Source: Octopus sinensis (lineage: Eukaryota). From it: a DNA stretch of 64,000 nt. This document shows, one piece after another, positions 50,201-63,010 of the stretch (position 1 is the stretch's first letter; every line of letters starts with the position of its first letter). The stretch covers positions 71,486,001 to 71,550,000 of the forward strand of contig NC_042997.1 in the NCBI RefSeq assembly GCF_006345805.1, in the 5' to 3' direction. The notes beneath the pieces were generated by a model. That model did not search any database. It saw only the letters and a program-made list of their open reading frames with translations, and was not told where the DNA came from. Made by a program: the position numbers and the translations under genes.

Positions 50201-53200
50201 GCAGTTTTATGTGGTATCCTTAATCATTACTCGTTAAGAGTGAGCATTGATAGTTGAGTTAATACATTACCAGACAGTCAGCCAGAAGGTTCATATTTTG
50301 TTGTAAACATTGTACAACGTCGGCGTCGAATGCAATCCCTTAACTGTATTCTTTGACTTAAATATATACTAAAGGACATCTTAACTGAACGTGTTGAATT
50401 TGATGTGTGAATCATTAGTTTAGTGTGCCAAGTCCAGTTTTTCTTGTTAGAGAATTTACTTGGCATCATATCTAGAATAAGATTTCCCTTTATCCATTTC
50501 ACCACAATAATTGTCAAATGAATCATCAACGAAATGAACTGAGAAATTTGACCTCAAACTAATTTCCTGAACAATATTTCCCATATATTGCCTGGAGACG
50601 ACCTCTCTATCATTGGATTAAACATTAACAATCTGGACGATATATAATAATATGTAATTCTGAACACCACTGAAAGTTTTCTTTTTGCCTCATATAATGT
50701 ACGATTCTCCAGAATGACTCTTTTCACGTTGCCTTCTTCGTAGGACAAAGTGCATTTAGGGTATTCGAACTCAGTCAAAACAAACCAGCATTAGGAACTT
50801 GAACTTCTAATAGTTTCACCCTGCAATCTTCAAGTTTGCTGATACACCATTGAAATGACCATTGAAAAGAGGAAACATCTTGCTCTTGTTTGCTCAGGCT
50901 GATGTTTAGCTTGAAATGTGTTCCATTTCAGTCTCCTTGGCGGGAAATGTTGGCAAATAGTTTCCAGAAGGATGATTTGCTTCATATGGAGGTTTATGCA
51001 AAGCAATCAATGTGGACCTTGAGTAGTGGGACCCACTATTGATGACAAGTGGAGAAGATGGAAGTGAGTCAGGTGGACCTGCCTATATGTGATGGACATG
51101 TTACCAGCTCAGGCAGTTTTAGTAGTTACTCTTAAGACAGATGGAAGTGAGTATGTTACTTAGTTGTAACAAGTTGGTAAATGAGTCGTTACCAAACAAC
51201 TAAAAGTTCTATTTTGGCATACGATCTAAGAATTTGATATCCATGCATTAGAGCAGTACCGTCTTAGATTTGTATGTAGTACTAAACCGTTAATTCATCG
51301 CTTTGGATTTTATTAACGTATTTATTCATTCATTTCCAGAGAACGCATTAAAGAAAGCTGTAGTCAATTAAGAGTACTACTACCATACGTAAGAGGCAGG
51401 AAAACTGACATGGCGTCCATTTTAGAATTAGGTGTTAGTTACATAAAAGTAGTCAACACTATCTTACCACAAGAATTACAGTCTCAGGTAAAAAAAAATC
51501 ATAATCTGCTTATTTAAAAATTTTTTTATTAATGTTTCTATATATCAAATTATTAATGAAGCAATGTATTAAAAAATAACTGATTAGGCTATTCTGCCTT
51601 TCTGCTACATATTACACATGGGTAAAAAAATTGAGGTTGGTTGGGATCTTTTAATGAATCGAGTTCACTTTCGCTGCATTTCAGTGTTTTTTCTCTTCAT
51701 CAGTTGTAGCAGCCCATGCATGAAAGCTGCTCTTCAATAAGTTGTTAAGACTATTTGTGTTGTAACAAACAGCTAATTGACCAATTTCAGTATATTACTG
51801 TTAAGTTAATGCCTTCATTATGACTAGTTTGTTGTCAACAATAACTTCTCTGAATGACGCGATTACTTCTATTACTCTAAAACTATTAGAATAGTGTCGA
51901 GGTATCCATCACCTCTGGAAAATATATGATGTTTTAGATTGAAGATAGAACAAGCAGTAGCTTCTGATGAATTCTAGAATTTGGTTTGGCTTCGATTGTC
52001 AGCTGGCTCAAGTTTCCTTCGACTATAGCGCTAACAGAGTTCGGTAAGTGCTGAAATACAGATTTGTTAGTGCTGAGTCGATAGGATAAATCTTACTCAG
52101 GTCCATGACGCTACCCTGCTGGATGTGACTTCCTTGAAAAAACCAGTAAGCCAACAAAATATTTCTGAATTCCATAACTCTGCTACCGTGTAGTTTACAA
52201 ATACACTTGTGACAGTTTTTGGATTTATTTATTTAGGTGTTCCCGGATACTGAAAATATTATCTTGACCACAAATAAAACTCTAATGACAGGGTACAAAT
52301 TTGCTATCTGGTATCAATCAGGAGTTCAACTACCCAAAGATATTTTTATGCCATTGGCAAATTCATAACACTTAACGTGTATTTCATTTCTTTCATTCCT
52401 AAATATTTAGGGTATTCGCACTCAGTCAAAAACAAACCAGCATTAGAAACTTGAACTTCTAATAGTTTCACTCTGCAATCTTCAAGTTTGCTGATACACC
52501 ATTGAAATGACTGTCCAATCACTTCTGTGACTGGAAAAAAGAGGGAACATTTTGCTCTTGTTTGATCTGCTAGAGATAGCAGTCAGAACTCTTTCAAATA
52601 ACACTTTTCTAACGAATGCATTTGAATAACGTAGTCACAGAGACTGTATATCTAAACAATAAAGATACTCATCTGGTGCTACAATGCTATTTCCAGGAAG
52701 CCACTCTTCTCATTACTTCTAAGACATACGAAATATATTTTAAAGAACTTCAATAGTATCAAGTGTACATCCTAAAACTGTTTCATGTAACTATTGCTTA
52801 TACTGATTAGCTCACCATGTACCTCATTCAATATGGTACACAATTGTATTGAGTATGGTGCAGCAAGGTGGATGCACATTGTTCAAAAGTACTGCATTAA
52901 TGACATTGTATGAACTTATTCGCATAATCGCCTTCGTAGTTTGTAAATTTGTATGGATTCAAGTCGTTTATTTTCATTGCAGATTACAAATATTCTCAGT
53001 AAAGACTACGTAGTGAAAGAGAATATAATGAAATGTAATCAGCCGAATATGGCATCATCCAGAGAAACAACGGCTCCGGTGCAAAAAGTTATCAAAACAA
53101 ATAAAGATCAAGATTACACGTCGAATAAACTAACTCCAGTCTCCGAATTTGGGTATTTTTGCTGTTTCCTGTCGCTTTTTTTTTCATTGTACTTACATCC

Positions 53201-54017
53201 AATAACATTCTCTGAAAGCCACAGCTGTATCGGACATAATTCATAAAGAAGGTAGTTCGTATCTTTCCATTGATCTTGTGCGGTTTCTGCTCTGAAAGAT
53301 TCTTAAATCTCAATGGCCCAGTTTACTTGTCAGTAAATAGCGTATGTCACGACTGTAAGAACTATCAAGAGTAAAACTGAGTACTTTTGTGACATGCATG
53401 TCCTAGTTCAATTTCTGCCGTCTTATTTCAGGAGGAGGGTTTGGTCGAAGGATTTCAATCTATCAAGGTAAATCGCACAAGTATACAAAAAGCTATTAAT
53501 GTGTTTGTTGGAAAAAAAGACGAAGATAAACATGCTCTAGCGCAGCGGCGAAATAGTTATTAGCGTTCTAGTTCATGGATCGGGATTTCAAGTCATCTGC
53601 TACCATGTTGCGTTTCAGATCTTTTACGAGCCTTAGTTCACTAATGAGTTGCAGATAGCTGACTGAATATGAAGTCGGTCTACTAATGAATGAACTAATA
53701 GTGTATAATCGCATGAACGTTATACAATCTATTTTAACTATGAGACAGAAAGATACAAACTGTTAATATCTCTGAACATGATATGAAAACTTCTGTGGAT
53801 GCTACCCAATTTAGTTGAAAATGAATACCATGAATAAATACAATTCATATCGAATTAAGAATATAGATGCAGGATCATCTCATGTTTCAGTGCTAAGTTC
53901 AAATCCTCCCTTGAGCTTTAGCCATTGTTAAACAATTTACTTCGCATACGAGTTAGAAGCCGTTATTCTTATTCTTTTTTCTTATTGTTTATCCTCTCTC
54001 TCTTTCTCTCTCTCTCT

Positions 54018-54069
<52 letters not shown>

Positions 54070-57000
54070 CACACACACTAATTCCATTTGTCTAGCCATG
54101 AAGAACAAGTACAACGGCTCGATACAAAAAGTGTGTCCAATAATAGTTCGGCAAATGTTGCAACGTCACCAGTCAAGAGACCTAATTACGAAATGGATGG
54201 AACTACAAGTTCTAAGTACCTGGAGACAAATGGTGAGATCCTTTACTAATTATGCTATAATTATTTTGTATCCCATAAAATAATTAATGACATTTTTATA
54301 TATGGCGGTGCCCCAGCAAAATGGCGGTGCCCCAGCATGGCCACAGCTCATAAGCTGAAACTGGAAAAATCAAAATCATATGTGTATGGAGTGGGGGTTA
54401 ATGCCTTTAAGTAATATTTCCAGGGGTTAACATGTGAGTAAATGATTTCTTACATTGAGAATATAAAACATAAGTTTGCTTTTCATCACCAGCGCTGCTT
54501 TTATTCCAGAGGCAAAAACGCTTAAGTTTTTCTTGTACATAATTGTTAATAAGTGTTAATCTGGGCTGACAGAATGTGATATAAAATTATATGAATCGCT
54601 TTATTTTTTCATAAAATTACAACAAAAAGTAATCAGTGATGTCTCTACTGAGGCATTACAATTTTACCTTTCGGTATCGTATTTTTTAACAAATTAAAAC
54701 AAAAATTGTTAACCCGGGTGTTCCAAACATGATGATCAATTTTTTTAGGCATAGTATACCTAGAATTACATTATCCAATGTGTCCCTCCTCTATAAAAAA
54801 CAATATAGAATTATACTTCACTGTCTTTCTAATAAGCAGAAGAATATACTAGTTATACTAATCTTAGAATGTAATAAGAAATTATCTGAATCACTTTATT
54901 TTTTCCTTAAAAGTATCAACAACCAGTTAAAAGTTCCCTTGTTGGTTCCTACATTAAAAATTGAAACGGGTTGCGGCTGAAGTGTATTTTTAAATACATA
55001 AATATCGATATAATAATACATACTAATGACTAAAACGAATTGGTTTCAAATTTTGACACCAGACCAGCAATTTCGAGGGAGCGCGTAAGTTGATTACATC
55101 AACCCAAGTGTTCAACTGCTACTTGTTTTATCGAAAGGATGAAAGGCAAAGTCGACCTCGGTGGTATTTCAACTCAGAACATAAAGTCAGACAAAATGCC
55201 GCTAATAATTTTACCCGGCGCTTTATTTTGATAAATCAGTATTCCGTAATGAGTTATGCAGAAAAAAATTTCCAAAGCACAGCCAATTTCCTAATATAGG
55301 TATTAACAGTATACTTCCAACCGCCTTTCATCTAATATACAAGCTTTATATGTTCATTAAAGTCAAACCAAAGGTTCTAATACCCAAAATAGTATTGAAC
55401 AAGACTATATACTCATTAGGAATTTACATGCCAATCCTGTCGGAGTTACTTTGTCATTGGTAAAAAATAAAATACCAGTAATAAACTGAAAATTATCTTT
55501 CTTCTGAGCGATCTTTGAATAAGCTTTCCATTGTTAATCAAACGCATTAATTTTTATTTGTTTCTTCGAATCCTATTTATAGTATGCTATATAAAATAAC
55601 GTGCCAAACACTTTCAGATACACATCTACAATATGCTATCCGTAAAGAACCTCGATTAGAAATGACTGGAACTGCAGAGAGTGACGAAATAACACTTCTT
55701 GAATACAAGAAAAACTTCAAAGATCATTCCATTCCCAGTCGACTGACCACCACTGTCTCAACAAACTCGAAACCTATACAAAGTGGCATTTTAAATCCAG
55801 AAATCCGTAAGTATTTCAATGATTTATTGACATAAATCATTAGTTAACACGTGGCGAAGACATGTAATGACACGATACAGTCAACTTTATCAACTTTAAT
55901 GCTCATCTAGTGCTTATTTGGTCGGTTCCTGAACGATGATAGATACAGGGTACCCAGGAAAGATTTGAAATTTCGTGGGGACAAGTGCGGTAATGGTTAT
56001 GAGACATATCAGAGGCCTACTGTTGGATTATGCGGTTAATTCTTATTGTGTCGTCTGACACAATTTTCTCTGTCTCAAATTCGCTGTCTCATTTTCATTC
56101 TTCTGTCGTGCTTCTTCTTCCTTACTGGTTGAAGGCAACGGTTCCTGAGTTCGCATTTTACTTGATTTTTTCATTTGATTTTTCTTTTCTTTCTTCTCTT
56201 CTTCGTTTCTTTTTCTTTTTTTTTTCCTTGGGGCTTTTAGGTGGTGATTCTAAATTCTTTTTTCTTTTCACCACCCTAAATTACTCGTCCATTTTCTCCT
56301 CTGCTACAACTGTACTCTCTTCTTGGATTTCTGTTTCTATTATTTCCTCCTCGTGTTTCTGGGGACACTTGGCCTTCATGTGTCCCCTTAATCCACACGC
56401 AAAACATATTGGAAGTCTAACCTCCACAACAATCCTTAATCTGGTCTCGTCTGGCAACACCAGCTCTTCCACAATCTTGTGGAGGTCTGGCAGCCTTATA
56501 TGGACTATTGATTCTAGCCCGTATCCCTATCAGTTCATCTCCGTAGTCTTTGACATTTTAAAAACTTCTGCTTCTTCCTCTGTATGATAGAGTATGGCTG
56601 CCACCAGCCATGCCTCGTCAATTTCAGGGGGCATTCTACCTATCCTTACTCTGGTCGCACGTTTGCTACAGTAAGTAGGTAGTATTGCCCACTCCGCTGA
56701 TTTCAAGGCTACAGTGGAGTGCTTTTTTGCTTCATTTTCGTTTGCGAAGCGCACCTCTATCGTGCCGAACTTCCGTCCTCTGGTGTAGAAGGTAGTCGAT
56801 TCTGTCACCTCTTTCAAACATCCCTCTACCGCTTCTACGGCTGCTATCTCTACTTTCTCCGACGCTATGTTTAGCGTTCTATAGATGATAGTTCTCTTTT
56901 CCGTATTCTCAATAACTTCTTTGGGAGGCGTCAGTCTGAGACTGTCTCCCTCCTTTCTCAACAAGGTGTTGTATTTCTTGAAGTCCTTGTCTTTGACTTC

Positions 57001-58071
57001 TATTTCATGGACCTGCAGTAGCTCCGCTGACAGGCTTTTGCCAGTCACTGCAGCATAACTGCCTGTTTGCAATTGTCTATTCTTCGTAGTAATGTTCTTC
57101 GCAACTTCGCCCATAAATGGGGAAGACAAATAAAATTTCCAACAAATTCAAGTAATAATAATAATTCAACAATTCAAGAAATAACAGGTTAACAATAACG
57201 GAACTCACATGTAGCGTACACACTTTCTACTCAAAAACAACGACAAACGATTCTGCCAGCTCGCCGCCTTGGAAGGATAAGATTCTGAGTAGAAAGTATG
57301 TGCATGTATGATTAGTCAAGGCAACCAATAATACAGAAATATTCAATTCGCATGTAACTATGTTAGATCTGTTTTCATCGGTTTGAAACTTTCAAGGTAA
57401 TTTATAGTGGGGATTTTGATATTTTCGACCGTTTAAGTTCAAATCATGCTTATTGATTAAAATATCGATAACAAATATGAATGAGAAATAGATTTTTGTT
57501 TCTTTGTATTATTTTTTTTAATATTTTCTTTTTCTTTTAAACTAAAGGATTAATTCCTGTGGTTAATGCAAGCAACAAAAATTACGTGGAGCAGGAACCA
57601 CCTATGCATATGTGTCCATATTCATTACCTGTATACCAAGCAAACGAGTGTTCTGTTCATAAACAGATTGCACCAGTTGGACCACAATTATTTTGTCCAC
57701 CAAGACAGTACCTCAGCTACCCAAACCTTTGTGTATATCCATCTAGCTATTTTGGCCATTCGGAAATCGGGCAAACGGATGGTAATTTTGTAGCTGGAAA
57801 ATATAACTTCAATGACAATGAATTTGAGCATTCAAACATCCCCATGTATTATCATTGTTCAAATAATGAAGCACCAAAATCTAACTCCACAGAAATCGTG
57901 CAGATGTCAAATTCAACCCAGTCATCTTTCTATAGATCTATAGTTGATAAGCCATTACCTGCTGATTACCCTTTAAACACTCATATGGATACATTGCCCA
58001 GTAATGAAACAAACGAATTGTTTAACGGCTTCATAACAGTGGCAAACACACCAACCTCTGATACTTCATAG
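41294..58071 (+). CDS. SOHLH2: SOHLH2-like bHLH transcription factor. Exons 41294-41790, 42657-42718, 47565-47669, 48108-48180, 50027-50182, 51340-51487, 52983-53152, 54096-54232, 57548-58071 (1872 nt; 5' end incomplete)
   Basis: All eight introns are GT-AG and phase-compatible, with no internal stop. bHLH HTAKEKLRR|ERIKESCSQLRVLLPYVRGRKTDMASILELGVSYIK closely matches vertebrate SOHLH2 as I recall it (HSSKEKLRRERIKYCCEQLRTLLPYVKGRKND). N-terminal HGIDETVVQPVT matches recalled HGMDIALTEPLT. Confidence 0.85.
43303..47104 (+). mobile_element. SINE family A (43303-43400 plus 47035-47104) split by a Tx1 LINE
   Basis: Body ends ...aacttaatccgtttgt at 43400 and resumes ctgtccttgtttgtcccc after the LINE. 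Confidence 0.9.
43401..47034 (+). mobile_element. 5'-truncated Tx1-clade LINE, 16-bp TSD; ORF1 C-terminus, ORF2 with an in-frame stop (44895-44897), ~340-bp RT deletion and a late frameshift
   Basis: TSD aacttaatccgtttgt at 43385-43400 and ~47035-47050. ORF2 pieces 43740..44897, 44898..~45660 and 45703..46790 are collinear with the 21772 ORF2; QGCPLSP and FADD are missing. Confidence 0.93.
48450..48890. mobile_element. Two decayed SINE family A copies (~48450-48570 minus, ~48725-48890 plus)
   Basis: tttgaactcagagcgtagcg; gcagaattgttagcataccgg...gtcgactttgcc...ttgtgccaaaatttgaaa. Confidence 0.7.
49080..49480 (+). pseudogene. Decayed Tx1-family ORF1 remnant (intronic)
   Basis: RITAKDIDTSIDIWLVDAIV and WMCKADGHMKAFCPK resemble PPEIDEAWLVAAIL and CFACGLRGHMKAKCPQ at 56-57 kb. 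Confidence 0.6.
55040..57270 (-). mobile_element. SINE family A (55040-55230 plus 57246-57269) split by an ORF1-only element
   Basis: ...ttacccggcgct at 55231 continues as aacgattctgccagctcgccgcc at 57246. Confidence 0.7.
55231..57245 (-). mobile_element. Second ORF1-only (half-Tx1) element, pseudogenised; 3' boundary uncertain (55231 or ~55820)
   Basis: ORF1 with RGRKFGTIEVRF, CFACGLRGHMKAKC and YRTCPHEISNLSWV, several stops. The 5' UTR (tattgttaac..ctgttatttcttg..tgttgaat) is homologous to that of the full-length LINE. No ORF2 motif seen. Confidence 0.75.
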
Positions 58072-60299
58072 ATTCACGTTAGCAGCAATAAGAATGAGGA
58101 CAGTGTCAACAACAGCAATGATAACAGCTACACTACAAATCAAAATCAGACATTCAGTAATTTTGAGGCTTTTCAATAAAAAGCTTAGCGAAGATTGAGA
58201 AGATTTACTTCAAGACTAACAAATCATATGTGCTAAGGTATAAATGAACTTACGACTACCATTATGGTATCACATTTTGACATTGTGAAAGCCATACTTC
58301 GAGCCAAAGACAGCAAGTTATAGCTAATTATTCCCCAAGAGGAGAAACTATTCTGAAAATATCAGATTCACCTGATATTTATAGCCATCACTAACAAACA
58401 GTTAAAACTTATAAATAAATAATTTTTTCCCTTTCGTAAACTCTCGTTTACTTCACTTATTCTCCTGTGTTTGAACGGTGTACGTGAGAGGGTGAGCTTA
58501 TTCGAGTCATAGCTAATGTATGCATATATGGCCAACGCACCAACAATGAGCATCGTAATGTGAGATGTGTGGAAATGACAACTATATGTTGCACGAATTA
58601 TTGCCGACGTTCAGTCAAGAGATAAACCTGCATTTTCAGATTATCAGGCAGGTTTGCAATGGTACCTTTTACCTAAAGCTCATTTAAGTACAGCTTGTTT
58701 AATAGATATGTTTGTTTTGCTATGCAATCTTACATATACACTACCTATAGAAGTTTGTGTGTTCTATTGAACTATGCATTTATACGCCAATATTGAAATG
58801 GGTATCAGGATTTAATTATTAAGATTTGTGCTTCGTGAAATTTTAAAACTCTCAAATGTGCTTGGTGATTGTAGATTAATTTCGTTCTTCATTTACCAAT
58901 CTGTCTGGATATAATAAATAGTATCTTAAGTTCGTATAATTTCAGTGATATGTCTACTGAAGCATTGAAAATGTGGAATAAAAATACTTAGGTAAATCTT
59001 TTGAGAAAAAAAAATATTATGTCGTGATAGAAACATTACAAAAGAGTATATTAAGATAAATATTTCGTTCTCTTTAGCTTTATTATAATAAATCGTGTGT
59101 GTGTGTGTGTGTTGCTAAAATAGTCAGAGGAAGGATAACAAAGAGAAGATATAAAGAGAAAGAGAGATAAATGATAGAAAGAAGAGAGTAAAATATAAAT
59201 AGTGATTGTGAGAGGAGAGAAATTGAGAGAAGGGACGCTTGTATGCAACAACAAGATACGCACATACGAAAGCACTCACAAACGTAAACATAAGCACATA
59301 AGACATACGGTCATACACATACAAGCATTCCTTCCATATTTAATAATGTCAGCTTTTGTTTAATCATTTGTGTGGGGGTGGGTAGTTTCCTGGGTTGATC
59401 TGTTTAATAGCATTTTCTGACTTCCTTTAAGATTATGATCCATTTTTTTTTCTTTCGGTAACATGGTTTTCTTGAATGTTCTTACCTATTATGGATAGAT
59501 TTGAAAAAGGTTCAATGAAATACATCTTCCAGTATAACATATGTAGAGAAGAGAGGAGCACTCATTTGTTGGCAAGAGAAAAATAATACATGTTTGAACA
59601 AGTTGTAAATCGTCTTGGAGTCATTTTTTTTTTCCCTCAAAAGCTATTTGAAAATCTGTATATAAACAACCATTACATGTTCGTCATTACCTTTAGTTCT
59701 CTTTGCAAAATCGATTTAAACTTTCTAACGTTCCTTTCAACTGAAATTAAGGTCGATAAATTCCCTGTGTAATTTATGCTTGATGTCTTGAAGCTCAGAT
59801 ATTTCTGAATTACTTCTATCGAATCCAACTTTATGGTCGTGTGTCATGAAGCCGATTACAATGGCAGTGGCAGCATATAAAATTTTGTTTGAATTTTGAC
59901 TGCGACCCATCAGACGATAAATCTGCTAGAACTCCGCGAAACGATGCAAAATAATACTGAATCTTGCGGTCAACAACCATTTCAGAACTTTCATGTTATT
60001 TGTTGTATACTTTTCCATACGATTAGCTTAAGCCTTGCTCTTACTAAATAGTTCAGGTCAGCTTTAACGCTGTAGGTCACGAATGACATGAGTCCGTATC
60101 ATGACAAAGTGAATATGATGAACTTGTTTCAAACTAGGATGATCCAGGTAACACACCTGCCACCGGAGAAGACCACTATTATTTTATTTGTGCTGAGGTG
60201 TCCCAAACTAGATTAAGTTTGGCAATTGCAACATATTTTGGCATGAAGTGAAGCACTGGAAAAAGCAGTCTACGCAGCTGTTGAAAATAACATGCTCAT

Positions 60300-60405
60300 A
60301 AAGTAAGCACTTGAGTTATTTACGACCCCGTAAAGATGAAAAGCAAAGTCAATCTCGGCAGAATTTGAACTCAAGAATGCTGCTACGCATTTTGCCCGAC
60401 GCACT
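60300..60405 (-). mobile_element. Decayed SINE family A
   Basis: gaccccgtaaagatgaaaagcaaagtcaatctcggcagaatttgaactc. Confidence 0.7.
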
Positions 60406-61000
60406 AAATATAGGTTTATGGTTCTGTTATCATATATTTTAATAACAATGAATACATAAGTAAATTCTGTGCTCTAAATGTTTGAAGCATCCCAATCAAT
60501 GATACCCTATAATATGTAGGTTGCCTGCGTTTGAACCAAAGAGATTATGGTAAGCTATATATAAATATACATACATATGTATAAATACAGTGTACATCTA
60601 AACACATAAGAGGTATCCGTCATAGAATTCCTGACACGCTAGAAGGAACAGCCAAAATCCAAACCGCTATTAGGGATAAACTTCGAAGGGAATGAAGAAT
60701 AAAAACTTTTACCATCTATCTCCTGGACCATGGTTTCTGACTTTTATTAGCAAATAAAATAATTTTCTAGGCGAAGTTTTCATCAACATATAAGTACGAG
60801 GCAATCCAGCATGTGCCCCGTGCTTATACATTATAATTTTTCAAATCCACCGGGCAAGCGCAGTTTTTTGTCAGCAGCAAATAAAATGTCGGCGTTACTT
60901 CGAAAATTTTCCATATCTTATTTCTACTTTCATTCTCATATTTCCCTCTATATTCCCGATCTTTTCCATCATAATTCCAACTCAAATATTTTCTCACACC

Positions 61001-61048
61001 GTCTCTGATGAAAAGATATCCATAATATTCCAGAAACAGCTGTAAGAC
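61001..61048 (+). ncRNA. Type I hammerhead-like motif with palindromic stem III
   Basis: gtct-CTGATGA-[stem II decayed]-GAAA-cagctg-TA-agac: stem I gtct/agac; palindrome acagctgt. Confidence 0.65.
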
Positions 61049-61157
61049 TATTTCCTTATAAATGTCCTGAAAACTCCTCTCAGCCTTGGATTTGCTATCT
61101 CATTCGGTCTAATATATATATTTATATGTATGTATGTTTATGTATATATATAACTAC

Positions 61158-61221
<64 letters not shown>

Positions 61222-61612
61222 ATGTGTATTTGGACAGTATATATATGTATCCTTCATGAGTTAGCTGACCAATTCCCAAACATCAATGGAGGTCTATATC
61301 GTAACGATTGTTTATTCTACCTATAAAATGTTTTTAACCAAAAACTAGTGTTAAAAACAGGTTAGTTAAATTTTTCCAAAGCATGGGCCTAAGCATTGTT
61401 TTCGACGATGATATAACTAAAGCCAACTTATATAAAGATTCATATTTCCCTTACTGTAAACCCTCAACTAATTAAAAATATATTAGCTCTTTCAGTAATT
61501 ATTCATAAATAGATTCACGTTAGCAGCAATAAGAATGAGGACAGTGACAACAACAGCAATGATAACAGCAACACTACAAATCAAAATCAGACATTCAGTA
61601 ATTTTGAGGCTT

Positions 61613-63010
61613 GAAATATTTCACTTAGACTTCCTAGATTATCTGCTAATGTTGATATCTTCAACGATAAAGCTGAATTACTTAAAGCAGGCTATAAAGA
61701 AAAATTACCGATATTAACCCCATTGACATTAATTCTACCTCTATTAACCAGGACATGAAAACACGTCATAACAGTAATAACAATATAAATTTTAGTTCGA
61801 ATAACAACAATAAATCGAAAACTGTAATTTTGCAGCGTAAGGGAGATAACCGTTCTTTAAGACCCTCTTTTCGTTATAAAAGTACATGTAGGACTTTTAA
61901 AGATAATTACCCTAATAAGAAGGCATGTCCCAGTAAAACAGTTTGGTTGATAATTCCATATGGTATGCAGATTAAATCCAACCTCCCTTACCAGTTTCGT
62001 GAAAAATTCAAGATACCATTCTATTATCAATTCACACTGATTCAGAATAGGGTTTTTAAACACCAAAAACCTTTCACAAATCATCTCTTCGCATAACAAT
62101 AAGTTGTCTAATACAAAACCACTTAATTAAAATAATAACAGTGATATTATTAACGCTAACCATTCTTTGAACAATAATAACAATAATATTAATATTTCTG
62201 ATATAAATTCCAATCGCATTCGTTTCTTTAGCAGTAATTCTAAGACTAGAAACTCTGTTTATCAATGTAAAATTACTTCGGATTCTGGCGTCTTTTTTTT
62301 TTTTTTTTTTTTTTTTTTTACATAGGTAGTTCTTCATCTCAGTTATCCAAAAGAATATCTAAACATTACTGTACATTTAGAAATAGCAATAAACGCAACA
62401 ATGCTAGGCTTAGTATATTAATTTGGTCTCTGAAGGAACATAATCAATTTGATTTGGAATGGAATATTCTTTCTAGGTCCTTTCCATGTGATAAATGTAA
62501 ATCTTCTTGCCCGCTCTGTAACGAAGAACACTCTCTCATCCTGTTCTCAGATAATTCTCTTGTAAACACATTTAAAGAACGCGTGTATCGTTGCAAACAT
62601 TAGTAAAAACATACCTTTAGTTCCTATAAGTAATTTCTATAAATCTATAAAATTCGACCTTTAACTGTCTTCTTACATTTCATTTCCACTAAATATATCT
62701 ATTTCCACACCTTTAAGCTTTATTTCCTTTCATCTATCGCACTATATTTCTCCACTCTTAGTTTTCTGCTAATTTCTTTCGTTCTCCTCCTCTTTCTCTA
62801 AATTGCATTTGACATTAAATCTATTAACATTTTTTTAAGAGCTTGCCAGCGTTCCCTTCATCATATACGCAGTAATCACATTCGGTGAAAATGGCTTATT
62901 GATGTATTTTGTTTCTCTTTTTGCTCCTGATGAGAAGATCGCATCGTTCTACATCCTGGAATAATACCAATGTTTTCTCCGAAACATATTTCGGAAGTAT
63001 AAATATTTGA
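61613..63010 (+). mobile_element. Penelope-like element remnant (RT C-terminus, GIY-YIG region, terminal repeat)
   Basis: KAGYKEKL; KTVWLIIPYGMQIKSN; NSVYQCKITS; LSILIWSLKEHNQFDLEWNIL...CPLCNEE...YRCKH. These match Penelope/Neptune C-terminal motifs as I recall them. Confidence 0.75.
62923..62997 (+). ncRNA. Degenerate hammerhead-like motif at the 3' end of the Penelope remnant
   Basis: gctc-CTGATGA-...ttctcc-GAAA-catatt-TC-gga; stems only partly paired. Confidence 0.45.

Noticed and set aside
55584-55835. 83-aa plus-strand ORF
   Set aside because: It lies in an intron within the ORF1-only element region, has no recognisable motif and no compatible splice sites were needed.
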